Positions 15,879 to 31,533 of a DNA stretch of 64,000 nucleotides are shown in pieces. How positions within the stretch are numbered: the stretch's first letter is position 1; every line of letters begins with the position of its first letter. The stretch is from positions 38,192,001 to 38,256,000 of the forward strand of contig OZ024751.1 in assembly GCA_964016885.1 (NCBI GenBank), written 5' to 3'. The notes under the pieces are model-generated. The model was not told the origin of the DNA. It saw nothing but the letters and a program-made list of their open reading frames with translations, and did no database searches. Position numbers and translations under genes: made by a program. The DNA is from Eledone cirrhosa. Taxonomy: Eukaryota.

Positions 15879-15931
<53 letters not shown>

Positions 15932-16354
15932 ATATGTGTATGTATGTATGTATATTCCGATAGAGCATGTTATTAGAAAGTATAGATTAAGTGATTTACG
16001 TTAAAAGGAAATTACATAACATACTCCAGCACATATGAATTAAATATATGTAAGACAATATTTCTAAGTTTGTTATTGCGGGATATTAGACATGCATCAT
16101 TTTCCTATATTTAAAAAGTAATTTACACACACACTATCCCATACAACGTGCATACACACGCACACAGACACACACATGTATATATATGTACATATAAATA
16201 TTTATATGTCTGTTTGTGTGGGTGCATGTATAATATATATATATATATATATGATATATCCAATAATTTGTTGAGTGCTTTATATCAGTTATAAAAATAT
16301 TTGCTTGTTGTATCCCAACAATTTAAATAGTATCCCAACAATATATATAGATAT

Positions 16355-16678
16355 GTTTCTTTTATTTGCCACCAGGGCATCAAAAGTGGGACAAGTACAA
16401 TGGGGGAAGTTTATAAAACAAGGCGTCCTCAATAAGGAGGAGGCAATAACAATATATAAAAATAAAATAAAATATAACAAAAAATAAAATTTATAACAAA
16501 GTCCTCAATAGAGAGCAGGTGCCTTGGGGGGTCGCACACACCCCCTAAAAAAAGTGTGCAACCCTTTTCCTCAGGAGCACAGAGAAGGGGTGCTCCCTTG
16601 GTCTTTCATCTTCCTCACCTATAGTCTGATGTAGAGTGAAGGCCCATTCACACGGGCCATTCTCGCCACTTTCACCCA
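16355..16678 (-). mobile_element. Probable L1/Tx1-like LINE 3' end
   Basis: Short terminal frame [19 protein letters not shown]-stop (16678-16619), GC-richer 3' UTR ending AATAAAAGAAAC then (TA)n; clade call is weak. Confidence 0.35.
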
Positions 16679-16721
16679 TATATATAGATAGATAGATAGA
16701 TAGATAGATATAGATATATAT

Positions 16722-16776
16722 TTGGATAAGTTAACACATCTATATTACTGGCATACACACATAGATACGCACAACT

Positions 16777-16864
<88 letters not shown>

Positions 16865-16933
16865 ATCTAGTTGTGCGTATCTGTCTATGTATATGTGTGT
16901 GTGCCAGTAATATAGATGTGTTATGTTATCCAA
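16722..16933. repeat. Inverted repeat enclosing a (TA)n tract
   Basis: Arms 16722-16778 / 16867-16933, imperfect. Confidence 0.8.
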
Positions 16934-17389
16934 TTATATAGTTTTTCCTTACCCTCTCTTCTCTCCCACCAATACAACTTCATATACAAACACAAATAGA
17001 AGAATAACGAATGGATACCATTCTCTTCATTTCATCACTTATCCATCCCAAGAATCAAGAAGAACAAGCAATGAAACAAACAAATAGACAAACTCAGAAA
17101 CATAAAATGATTGTGATTCTCATCCAATTGATATTAAAGAGCATGTTCACAAGTTAACAGATGCTGGCATGGTGCCAGTATCCTGTCTGTACAAGAGCAA
17201 CCTTCTTCCAGATAGATTTATTTTCAAATGCATCCTCTTGGAATATATCTGTCTAGAATTGTGCAGCATTTTTGTCACTTTAGCACACATCGAGATAAAT
17301 GAGTACACAATTGCTTCTCGTTTCAACGCTTTTATTTCTGAATTTGCCTTTTATTTTATCTTTATATTATGCACCCTTCTCTTAGTATA

Positions 17390-17429
<40 letters not shown>

Positions 17430-17675
17430 GTATATATATGTATGTGTGTGCGCGTGTGCGTAGTATGTATGTGAGTATGTGTGTGTGTGGGAGTAGATGT
17501 ATGGACATAAATATATGCATGTGTATATGTGCGTGTATGTACAAACATACACACACACATATATATATACATACACACACACACATATATTTATATAAAT
17601 CTCTCTCTCACTATCTATCAATGTATCTCTCTCTATATATATGTGTGTACATGTATGTGTATATATATATATACG

Positions 17676-17717
<42 letters not shown>

Positions 17718-17725
17718 CGTGTATG

Positions 17726-17759
<34 letters not shown>

Positions 17760-18322
17760 TACATATATAGAAATCTAAATACCTATCTATCTACGTCTCT
17801 ATCTATATATATGTGTATGTATATATATATATATATATATAGTATATATATACACATACATACACACATACATACATATATATATAAATACACACACACA
17901 TATATATAAATCTACCTACCTATCTATCTACCTCTATATATATATATGTGTGTGTGTGTGTATGTATGTGTGTGTATATATATACACACACATATATACA
18001 TGCATATATACATAATCTGTTTCTTGCTCCAACTCGTCTTATTCTTGTAGATGATGCATCATTTTCTCTTTCGACAGGATAACTGCAATTTTGCCATAAT
18101 TCTGCCCTCCGTAAAATTATGGTAACAACTGGAATCGTTACCCCGTTTTTTTTTCTATAACCTTATAGGTCAGCTTATTCGAGAAATAATGGAAAGCAGA
18201 AAAATGATATGAATAAGAAGAGCAATTTGTACACGTAGTAGTTTAACTACTGTCTGAGTGTGTTAGTCGAGGGGACGGAGAAAGTGTTGAATGAGTTGGA
18301 AATGGTGAAAATGTAAGGATGC

Positions 18323-18364
<42 letters not shown>

Positions 18365-18496
18365 AAATACATATTTATATACATACACAATTTTATACCT
18401 TTATATACACATATATACATATGTATGTATGAATCTCTCTCTCTCTCTCTCTCTCTCTCACTAGATATGTATGTATAGGTATATGTGTGCATTGTA

Positions 18497-18535
<39 letters not shown>

Positions 18536-19427
18536 TCATGTGTGCAAACAACCTCACACACACACACACATATATATGTATGTAAATATATGTATAGAGA
18601 GAGAGAGAGAGAGAGATAGAATGCACACAGATACAGACAAGTATATATGTAAGTATATGTTGTATTCATATGCTAAATGTATGTGGGTGCATGTCCGTAT
18701 TTGTCTGCGATATAAGCAGGAATGATGTTTGTTTTTAACAGATAGAAGATTTTCTTCAATCAATGAATATATGTATTGCAATGTTTGTCGGATTTTCTTG
18801 CTCGTCATCAATTTATTTTTTTATTCTCGCTGCTGGAATAATTAATGTGTTTTACATAGACATCTTTCTTTATATCAGAACGAATCATTTAACGGAGTAG
18901 GGATATATTGCAAACAGTAAACCCACGTGTATTATCCGCAATATTGAACTACGGTTTTTAACACTAGCCATGGTATTATCTCATGTTTCTTTGAAAACAG
19001 AGAGACGCGATTTAACAAAACGTTAGTTCACTACAGGATGGTGATTATCTAGGATTCAGTTATTTATTTGAATACAGAACATAGCATTATCTAATGTCCC
19101 AGCTCAACTGGCTCCGGGTCACAGTAGCTAAAATGGGTCACCCTCCGGTTTTACGAACACCTTCCGTTGACTTAGAAATTTTAGGATATTTTTAGACTTG
19201 TGTTTTAAAGGGAGGAAACGCCTTCTAACTACTTTACTGCTACAAAAACGACGAGTAGATGCTTCCCAAGGCACAGGCCCTTCACATTGCTTCTAAACTA
19301 TAGGGAAAGAAGATTAGACGTCACCCGATTTCACGCGGAGTGTGAAGAGAAATAAAGAAGTCACCTTAGACATTTACACCGCTATATTAGATTCCAGCAA
19401 GAACATCAATGTCTTGCATTATTAGTA

Positions 19428-19791
19428 TGGATTGGCAGTATCGGTAGAGGGTCGGAAGCCATGCTTTCCAGCATAGTTACGTCCCTTTACGATCTGAGTT
19501 CAAATCCCGCCGAGGTTAACTTTGCCTTTCATCATTACGGGGTCGATAAAATAAAGTACCAGTAATGCACTGGTTATTTGCTGGCCTTGTGCCTAAAGTA
19601 GAAACAATTATTAGTATCGGTAGAGGGTCGGACGCCATACTTTGCAGCAAAGAGTTACGGCCCTTTATTTTCTGAGTTGAAATCCCGCCGAGGTTAATTT
19701 TTCCTTTCATCCTTACGGGTTCGATAAAATAAAGTACCAGTAATACACTGATATAATTGATGGCCTTGTGCCAAAAGTAGAAACAATTATT
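19428..19791 (+). mobile_element. Tandem pair of tRNA-derived SINEs (main family)
   Basis: Two head-to-tail units (19428-19612, 19613-19791); A box TGGCAGTATCGG, B box GAGTTCAAATCC, central GCCTTTCATC..ACGGGGTCGATAAAATAAAGTACC, ATT tail. Confidence 0.85.
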
Positions 19792-21298
19792 TTAATCGTT
19801 CTCTGAGCGTTTTAACTTTTCAGACTTTCGTCCCTCATCGGGTGATATAAGGAGAAATATAGAGGAGAGTGAAAAGAGGTTGGGTGGGATTTAAAAATAC
19901 GTGTATATATATATATTTATATATATATGTATCATATGTTTATGTATGTTTACGCTTATATAAGTTTGTAATAAAGGAATGATAATTAGCCAAAATAGAA
20001 CTAATTAGAAAATCTGATAGATATTTTTTCTTCTTCCTTCTTTCGTTTCCCTCATTATATTTCTCTGTAGAGGAAGGGAAATTATTCACGGTAAAAATTG
20101 CAATGAATGATTGGATAAGATACGAACTTGTGATTCGTTTGCTGAAAGACTGATCATATTATCTACATGGTCATCGTAATTGCTTACCATATGAATTAAT
20201 GTCTAGGCAATCATATAAAAGAAGCTAAGTTGTCGATGTGAGTTACTGATTGGTTCAAACTGATATATTACTGAAATATTGCTTTGAAGCTTCAGTTCTC
20301 TTGACGTATAGTCGATTAAGTTTGTCGATAAATTTATTAGATTTTTCCTTGGAAATTAATTAATTCTCGTTATATACGCGAGAAGCACGCAATTGCTTTC
20401 ATGTCTATTGTTCTAAATAGATTAAACCGAGACTTAATATATACATACAAAACCAACGTCTATGCTTATAAGAAAAATAAAGAGCAAAAACCAAAACAAG
20501 GAATAAAATATTACAATATACTTGTAGATAATATATTGGCTTAATTCATGATATATGGATATATTTATTATATTAAAATTTGCATTTGTAAGAAATTACA
20601 GTTTTCGATAAAGACGATGTGATAACTTTTGGAAAATTTTTCTCACAAAACAATCAGGTTTTATTAAGATGAAAGAAGATTTGACGTAATGTGGTACTAT
20701 TAAACAACATGGTTTTACATTAAAAAAGAAAAATTTCGTAAATAATTCTATTTAATTTTATTATGTTTACACCATAATATCATCGATAACCACGATTTAT
20801 CCGATCTTTAAGGTATAGAATTTCGATGTTTTTAGTAACTGAGAGGGGTATTATTTTTAAATATGGATTAAAGAATATTAATGTCATTCCTGATTAATGT
20901 TCAACAACCGCCATGATCTCAGGAATATGTAAATATAAGGGTGAAATCCGGCATCTCAGGAAACCGGTGGGATAATCGATGGAGCCCTAGTATATGAGAT
21001 GCAAATTTGTTAACACCAAACATAGTCATCATCTTTTTCGAGGCATTTTGTGTCACCTCCTAAATCGTCTCACAGGGGTTTATTACCGGTTAGGACAGAG
21101 ATTGAGACAAAAATGGAGAGAGAGAGGGTGGAGAGAGAGAGGGGGAGGGACAGAGGTAGAGAATGGATTATATAATTATTGAGAAGAGAGAGAGAGAGAG
21201 AGAGGGATAGATAGATAGATAGAGAGAGCATGAGTGAGATTATTAAAGAGAGAATTAGAGAAGGATACAGAGAGGGAGAAGGAATAAGTGAGCAAGAT

Positions 21299-21332
<34 letters not shown>

Positions 21333-21593
21333 AAGGAAAGAGACAAAGAGAAAAGGGAAGAAAGAAAGAACAGAGTGTGAGAAATAGAGAGAAATATCAC
21401 GTTCAATACTTTACTGGGACTTCATTTATTGACATCAGAGTTATTGACGGCCATGTTGACTTATATGGGGTTTGAAATTAAAACGAAGAAAGTCAAAATA
21501 TTCGTGCAATACGATCCTCTTATACGCATATGTCTATATATGTTTGTGGATGTGAGTGTGTTCATGCAGTTACCTCCGCATATTTATTTACCA

Positions 21594-21816
21594 GAGCAGT
21601 TGACAGTATCGGTAGAGCGTCAGACAACATAATTTGCAGCATAAAGTTGCGCCTCTTTACGTTCTGATTTCAAATCCTGCTGAGTTTAGCTTTTCTTTAG
21701 ATCCTTACGGAATCAATAAAATAAAGTATCAGTAAATCACTGGGGTCGGTATAATCCACGTTTACCCCTCCCCTTAAATTGCTGGCCTTGTGCCAAATCT
21801 AGAAACACTTACTATT
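21594..21816 (+). mobile_element. tRNA-derived SINE, older long form
   Basis: Same head, centre and tail as the main family plus about 35 nt extra before the 3' module. Confidence 0.75.
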
Positions 21817-23419
21817 GTATGCAGTTAAATCAGTATCGCTTTCAGACTATCAGAAATGTGTCGCATTACATTGATTATAATAATAATAATTATTATTATT
21901 ATTATTTGTAATGTTATAAAACATTTACTACATCTGACCTCCATGAACTTAACATTTATTGTATTCTTTTTTTTTTTATTCTGTCCGTTAATCTTCAAAA
22001 GACAAGTGTTTTCAGCTTGGTCATATAATGGTGGTGCTTTTTATTCAGCAGCTATGACAACACTGTCATATTTGATCTATTGGCCACAGCTTTGACCCTG
22101 TGATACTTTAAATAAGAGCCAACGTCTGCAGCGTTTAATATTGTGATGGTTTAATATTTAATGTTTAAACATATAATCAGTCTGTATTACTTAAATTGTT
22201 GGTTGATGTAGTATATATTTAAGCGATATTTAGAACCCGACACTTTGATTATTTCTACGTCGGTGCAGTTGTCCATTTTGTGTAAATATAACCATTAATG
22301 AATTCTTTCATATTAACTCGATAAATACCAGTTATATAGTAAGGTCAAAACCATTGGTATTTGTGTGAAAAATTATTTCTTCGTTAAATAAAATATGTCA
22401 CGTTTGAATCTATTTCATAATGTATTGCTATAGAGATTCAAAAGCAATTTTATAATCCAATGGAGGGCGATTTGAATATTCACATACACGAACATATCCA
22501 TATACGAATATAAAGTGATTATAGAAAATCGTGTCCAAACACGTTTGATAGAAAAAAACATACACGCGAACGTGTATGTTTTTTTCTCTATCGTTTACTA
22601 CCAGAGTGTGTTGTGTGTTTATAGAAATTTCTATGTATGTTTAGATGGCATCAATGTGATCTGCTGGTCTGTACATATATTTGCCTCAATCTATCTCATT
22701 ATGTGTGTGAATAGCGAGAGAAAACTTGTTATATATGATATTCTAGTGTCTATATATGTGTAGATATAAGTGTGTGGTTCTGATTATAGAGCTGACTGTC
22801 ATTTCTGATATCGCACACCCCCAACGAAAGCATAAAAAAGTATTTCTCATCCAGATTATCTGTCTGCCTGTCTGTCTCCCTATTTAGGTCGAAATATTAT
22901 ACAACACACTCTCACTGTGACAATTTCAATAATATTCGTGAAGCAAGGAGGAAAGTGGTGTCTCCTTCCAACATTATATTTGCGTATTTACCGTGTCATT
23001 ATATCTTTAAAATGTAGTTTCATGCTATAAATTACACACCTTTTCTCTCCATGCTCCACACCATACATAATTACTTTCCTTTTGCGTCACATCCACTTCA
23101 TAATATCAACTATAATGACTGTCATGACGTCACCAGAACGAAAAGTTTTGTATATTACATCTTAAACACAACTCCTCAGAATCTATGTTGTAATTCCTTT
23201 TTATAACTTCTTCCCTTCTCTTTGCTTTCTTTCTTTCTGTTCTTCACATGGTATCCGCCATCACTCCATTCCCCAAAACACACCCACATTTGATCGTTTT
23301 CAATCATCCTCTTCTATTGACACGAACTATTTCGAGCTAGAGTTGGGAAGGTATTCCTGTATAATCAATCCATCTCCTACATTTGTTTGCTTACAACTTT
23401 GTTTATATTATTATTTACT

Positions 23420-24500
<1,081 letters not shown>

Positions 24501-24876
24501 GTTTCTGTTTCTTGAAGCCCATATCGTATTCTTTGACTTGCATATATTTACTTCACAGTGTCATCCATCAAGGTGAACTTTACTTTTTGCTTTATGATAG
24601 AGTTGAAGAGAAGGAGCAAATAAATGAATGGGGAACTTATAATGCTTGTGTGGTCTTTGGTGGCAATTCCTGTGATTAATCTACTGTCAAATATCATCTT
24701 ATTTTGCAATGCATAATAGCGTCTTCCTATAGCAGCGTTGACAGCTTTGAAAGCCAGCCAGCCAACGTCACAACTGACCTCAAAATCTTGGCCTCAGTAT
24801 ACAGCTAACAATTTTTGTCCGTCCCATCATCTTCCTCCTCTCACGTGTTCCCAAGAAAGGCAAATGCCACCATAGG

Positions 24877-24958
<82 letters not shown>

Positions 24959-25090
24959 AAGAAATTGGACATAAATAGAATAGTGAATTGCAGCCGGAAT
25001 GAAAGTAAAAGTAAATGTAGAAATAACAGTACCGACCAGGTTTTATGTGTGGGTGTACTCATGCATTTTCATATACGGTATGTAAAATAA

Positions 25091-25146
<56 letters not shown>

Positions 25147-27674
25147 TATGATTTTCAATCGAATGAAGGAAGGGAAAAATATTGTATTTTTTCAAATATA
25201 TGTATATTACAAATATCTACAAATCTGTTCACCCCTTCTCTCTCTTTTTATATATATCTATATATCTATATATATATGTGTGTATGTATGTGTATGTGTG
25301 TATACATATATATATTCGAAACGTATGTATGTATATACATAATATGTGAATATTTATACACCCGTTATATTTAGAATTCCGGCATCGCTTATGTGTGGAA
25401 TAGAATAATATACACTTCCCTAAGAATATTTAGCAATATCTTTTTCTTCTATAAGGGTTATAATATAATTGATTATTAATGTCGTTATAAATTTGTGCTC
25501 ATTAGTGAACAATTAACAAAACCTGAATAACTAGCCGGAACAGGATGCAGTAAGAAGTAGGATTTCTAACAAGTAAAAATTTAAAAAAGCAAAAATTAAT
25601 CCTAGTTATAACAAAATAGTATCAATCGTACATCACCAAAAATCATTTCTCTCAGAAGCCCTCTACTTTTCTAGTTTCATATAGAATCGGGTATCCTTAC
25701 ATATCTAGTCTTTAACTAGTCTAACGTTTGAGCAATTCCAAAGAAAATCAAAAGAAAAATAACTATTATATAAATGTTCCTTTAGTGTAAATGATATTTA
25801 TCGCACACTCTGTGATCTGGTTTATGCAGTTGTTGAGAAATAACTATAAGAATTGATGTGTTATTGAAGTAGCAAAATGGTGACAGAAAGAACGCAATAT
25901 GCCATTTAATTCTGTGTCGAGTACATTCGAGCATATTAAAATGAAAAAAAAATCGTATATAATATTCCATGTATATACATATCGATGAGATGGAACTATC
26001 TCTTCGAATGTTTTTTAATGAAAAATATTATCCTTGATATATTTATACACATTTCTCGAAAAACAAATTGAATTCTACAATTAACCAAGATAAATTTTAT
26101 TTCCATGAAATATACGTAAATATGGAAAAAGCTGTGGTATTGTGAACATTAGTACGAAAGGACAAGCTTATTGAGTCGAAATGAATTTGCAATCAATCGA
26201 TCCGCTTAAAAAAGTAAGTAAAACTATTATATCACCCTATGATGGTGGCAAGTGACGTGATTTGCGATTGTCTCTTAGGGAAAAATCATTTTGTCTGTTT
26301 AAAATGAGACACTCAAAACAGTCGACTCTTAATTTATTTTGTGTTGTCAAACGTATTGCCAACGTGGTAAAAGTAGTTAAATAGGAAATATATAAGTGGC
26401 CAGGACGCAAAGCGAGCGACGAATATCCATCGATTTAATGTTTATCGATAATGTCATTGATTTGATAAGAGTAGAGTATTATCTCTATAGGTTTTATAGC
26501 AACAAATATGAATTAAGACCGGCTGTTCGTCAATTGTCATCAATATCTATACAAAGATATAATATTTGATGTCGTTGTAGGTTATAACTTGGAAGGATAT
26601 TAAGCAGAATTTTTAGATAGCATGAATTAAGTATGATACCAAGTGTCATATTTTGCGTGATTCCTGTTGGAACATATACATCTTATCTACATTCTCTAAT
26701 TGGCTTCATCCACATGAAACATTTAACTACGTTAACTCAACTCGGAATGGATTCACACACAATCGCCTTTCATGTTTGCAAAAATTTTCTCTCTCAGTTT
26801 TCTCAGCGGTCAGTACAACCGTAACATATGCAGCGTTCAAACATTTATATACGTAAATATTTTATGACATATAGACAAATACTTCTTGTTCATGATAATA
26901 ATAGCATAGCATATAGCCAATTTAATGTTCAATCTGAAAGTCTTTGAACATTTTCATATCTAATCAATATGTCTGCTACGAGGTATAAAGGGAACCTGCA
27001 CGTGAATTATGTTCCCAGAAGTCACTATACAATTCTCAAACAATTGCTGTTTCATATTAAAAAGAAAAAAAAACTATATATGTGTATAAATATATATATA
27101 TATATATATATATGCATATGTGTGTGTGTTTGTGTGCATATATATCCATATACCTATATGTGAACGAATGTATATGTAAATATGTATATATAAGCATAAT
27201 TGAGTATACATATCTATGTCTATGTATCTAGACACAAACAGACAGACACTCAAACACACACACAGACACACATATATATACATACATACACACAAACACT
27301 CATGCTGACAAGACTTTCCAGCATATGTATTTAACTTTGTTTTTCTTAATTTGAATTCTCTAATAGATTACATATGGTATGAAGAGTATAATTTGTAGTT
27401 TACCTGTAAAAGGAAAAATCACAGCCATTTTGGCTGCCGAACCAAAGCAACACGATGAGCGTATTTGAAAGAAAAAGTTAATATTTATATTACTATTCAT
27501 GGCTTCCTATATATTCCCGTGGTTTCACTAAACTGATACAACTAACCACTTCTGTGTATACCCAACAGACGGCGTTTCACTGTTAAATTACAGTGTACAT
27601 CACTTAATTAATATGATCACAAGAAAATAGAACACGTCATACCTAAACCATATTATATATATATAAGACGTGCA

Positions 27675-27724
<50 letters not shown>

Positions 27725-27735
27725 GTGCATATATC

Positions 27736-27811
<76 letters not shown>

Positions 27812-27837
27812 CGTGCATATATCTATTATATATACAG

Positions 27838-27939
27838 GCTGTCGGGGTCTTACTGGTTCCTATTACCCACTCTACTACCTCAAGTATTGAGTACTTTGGT
27901 GCGTTATGGTCCACCTGGTTCCTTACCACATTTCCTTCG

Positions 27940-27942
<3 letters not shown>
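27838..27942 (+). mobile_element. PLE terminal fragment (family C)
   Basis: Homologous to 61-166; ends in (TA)n. Confidence 0.7.
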
Positions 27943-27988
<46 letters not shown>

Positions 27989-27991
<3 letters not shown>

Positions 27992-28200
27992 ATAATAATA
28001 AATTTGAAGACTAAAATCCAAAGAGGGCTCGATAAGGATAAATATATATATCAAATATATAAGAACCGTAGAGCAAATATTTATTAAAATAACAGATTAA
28101 AGTTTAAGCAAAGAATCGCTGCTTTCACCCTTAACGGGATCTTCAGAAGATCCCGTTAAGGGTGAAAGCACCGATTCTTTGCTTAAACTTTAATCTGTTA

Positions 28201-28208
<8 letters not shown>
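27989..28208. mobile_element. Palindromic PLE terminal element (family D)
   Basis: 63-bp arms 28082-28144 / 28146-28208 (one mismatch, 1-nt spacer); minus strand reads CTGAAGA-TCCCgttaaGGGT-GAAA-GCAG...TTGCTT; second copy at 47861-48086. Confidence 0.75.
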
Positions 28209-28267
<59 letters not shown>

Positions 28268-28883
28268 AATTATATTGAGAGAGATAGACGTATATGTATA
28301 TGTACGTGTGTGTACGTTTGTTTGTATATTTAAGTGTGTATATAGAAAGCTTGTTATTTTCTTTTTTGTGCTGGTGTGATATAACATTTACCATGAATTA
28401 CTACCGAAATATGACGGGTCTGGATTATACTCACTTATATCATATAAACAAGTAAACGAAACCTTAGAGTTTTCTCAATCAATCAGTGGTTAGAGTAGAT
28501 GATCAAAGAAATATTTTGTTCCATTAGTTAAGACAAAATTCACTCGATTCTGGAAATATGCTAAAATATATCCAAAACGTTATCGTGAAATTTCTCAAAT
28601 TGATATATTTCATATTTTTAAAAGTTTTACTCTATTAAATATATTAAATTCCAGTTAATCAAAAATCAAAATCTAATTATCATAACTAATTATGGACATC
28701 TTTGTCAAAATGGTGTCCATAATGTTAATATCCAGCCCGGAGGATCTATGAAACAATCAAGTTTATCAACTGAATCCTTGTGTCAAACCCTGACATTTGT
28801 AGAAGAAATGAAAATACGTAAAATATTAAATTGCAACTTTATAGACATATTTCCAGTTTATATATAATTAATGTTTATTATCT

Positions 28884-29067
28884 ATTGGCAGTATCGGTAG
28901 AGGGTCGGACGCCATGCTTTGCACCATTGACTTATCGCCCTTTACGATATTAGTCTAAATCCCGCCGAGGTTAACTTTGCCTTTCATCCTTACGGGGTCG
29001 ATAAAATAAAGTACTAGTAATACACTGGCATAATTGCTGGCCTTGTGCCAAAAGTAGAAACAATTAT
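28884..29067 (+). mobile_element. tRNA-derived SINE (main family)
   Basis: Matches the 19428 unit. Confidence 0.85.
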
Positions 29068-30089
29068 CTACTTATTTCATATTCTATTTACTGATGTATA
29101 TATTTTCTTGATTTTGATTCGAGTCGGTGAGGGGTCAAGAATTTATTGAATGTATAGATGTTTCGCTCATCTAACTTCTCTCTCGACACAGTTTATACTC
29201 CATTTACTGATACGTTTACTGACATATTTGTACATTACTGATCAATGAGGATTTCAGGGATTAAGGAAACCCTACCAAGGGGATTGATATTTTAGAGGTT
29301 TTTGCAGACACTTATCCTCTTTAAGTATTTTTAGTTTTACCCTGTTTTATTGTCCAGATCCATATTTTTATAAATCGTTAGTGTCTGAATCCCAGATGCC
29401 CTTACATTATTGCTACGGGTGAATCTCTGTGTGACCGTTTAGTGTGCTGCATATTATGACAAGATATAATGTTATTTCATATTTAAGTAAGCACAAATAT
29501 ATGCATTGTTGATTCAGGCTGAGAAAAATTGAAGTTGACAGGTTAAAGTGACATTAGGATTCTTAATAATCAAATCGTTCGGTTTCCGCCATTGGAGCCA
29601 TCACTACAAGAGGAAACCCATCAACATATTTTTCTTGAGCAAAGAACTGAATTTGAAATTAAACGCTTAAAACGAAAGGTTTCTTCGCGAATGAAAACGT
29701 GATGGATTCAGAAAGGTTTTTTATGTACACAGATATGAAAATGCATAAAAGAACAAATTACGAGATGAAATACAATAAAGGAATTATACAATTGATGAAG
29801 GAATTATACAATTCTAGCAAATCTGATAAATCAGCTATGCATATAGTAAGAATTTAGGTGAAATAGTTACGATGATCTGATACAACATAATAGTATTTTA
29901 ATCTAATCTCTCTTGCTCTTTCAATCAAAGATATTTAGCAATTGTCATGTTCATCTTCAGCGTCTCGTAAAATATCTATAAAAAAAACTAAGCCATAATT
30001 TTATATGGAGTATTAAAAATAGGTCTCCTAGTGAAAACAAACAGGGAGCTGCTAAAACAATGAGGTTTTGCAATAAGGAGAATTGAAAC

Positions 30090-30535
30090 ATTCAAGCACT
30101 CAAGATTTACTCTTCTCATGCTTCATCCTATCTTGTGAAGTTTCAATAAAGCTCTCAGAAGGAAAAATAAATGGGGGCAGTGAGGAGGGGCTATATGAAA
30201 CTTTAGTTACGAACATCCTGATACCATCAGATGGTGTGAGAGTTAGCCTATAGTTTACTGATTTTAAAAGGAAAAGCCCTTTCAATGGAAAGCGTTCATT
30301 GATTCAAGAACTGAATTTGGGTGTATGGGATAAAGACTGCTTTTGGTGGGAATTTTCTCTCATCGTTAACGTGCTGTGTTGGAAGCATTGTTATCTAGAC
30401 AATAGTATCTTGGTATCTTGTCTGGAATTTCTACGCATAAAGACGTGTTTGGATATTGTTAATTACTATACCAACTGTGAACCTAATATAGACTGAGTAC
30501 TTCCTTAATCTGAGGTCTTCCCGAACTGTGTCGCG
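30090..30535 (-). mobile_element. Possible ancient, heavily decayed RTE-like RT fragment
   Basis: Broken minus-strand peptides (IQTRLYA, CFQHSTL, LPPFIFPSE) in the order of RTE C-terminal motifs; many stops. Confidence 0.25.
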
Positions 30536-30560
30536 AACAGGTCATACAGACATAGACACA

Positions 30561-30793
30561 ATATATCACGATGTTGCAGATGTGCAACGAAAAAACTTTG
30601 ATAAACTATATATATGTGTTTGTGTCTATATTGTATCTGTATTTTTTACCGTTGGTCAGTCAATGGCAGCATTGAGGACCGAATAAATTAAATTACCGAT
30701 ATAAAAGACACAGAAGCGAAAACCAACCAAACAGTGAGAGTGTTCTGTTATTAATTCTGGCAATATTACACAAATATGACCCTCCCCAAGTAT

Positions 30794-30800
<7 letters not shown>
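30561..30800 (+). mobile_element. PLE pseudo-LTR fragment (family B) with core-deleted HHR
   Basis: Matches 12455-12697; TATCA-[CTGA missing]CGA-TGTTGCA gatg TGCAAC-GAAA...TT-TGATA. Confidence 0.75.
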
Positions 30801-30852
<52 letters not shown>

Positions 30853-30855
<3 letters not shown>

Positions 30856-31048
30856 CGAAGGAAATGTGTTAAGGAACCAGATGGACCATAACGCACCAAA
30901 GTACTCAATACTTAGGCTAGTAGAGTGGGTAATAGGAACAAGTATGACCCCGACGGCAGAGCTCAAGCCGTTTCGACGGCTAATTCTAGTCCAGAATGAG
31001 CCGTAGAAACGGCTTGAGCTCTGCCGTCGGGGTCATATTTGTTCCTAT
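30853..31048. mobile_element. Fold-back PLE terminal element (family C)
   Basis: Arms 30932-30987 / 30993-31048, each with HHR 3' half GAAACGGC-ttgagctct-GCCGTC. Confidence 0.75.
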
Positions 31049-31478
31049 GTTGCCTTTGATGAAGAGCATTTCTACCTATGAGATATGAAATGTTTGTTAT
31101 TTCATAAAACGGAGGAGAAAATAAATAAATATAAATATATATGCAGTTATTCCATATTAGTTCAATATCTCTATTTATTCTTCACAATAATTCTATATTT
31201 TCTCGAATAATCATAAACTAGAGTATATACGAGGCTTCCATTTATGCTATGTTTAATCCAACATCAGTGGCAACGATAATTCCATATATTTCTATAGTTT
31301 ATATTACAACTTCGAATATCAAAAATGCTACGTAGACAAATATCTATTGTAAAATTCGTAATCACATAACTTTTAGAATCTAATCTATAAACAATGAATA
31401 CTCTATGAAACACGAAGAAGCTTATTATATGTATATATATATATATATATATTACATACATGCGCACACACATACACT

Positions 31479-31533
<55 letters not shown>

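Noticed and set aside
27668-27830. Repeated ACGTGCAT units separated by TA runs (CRISPR-like spacing)
   Set aside because: Spacers are microsatellite; simple slippage duplication in a eukaryotic context.
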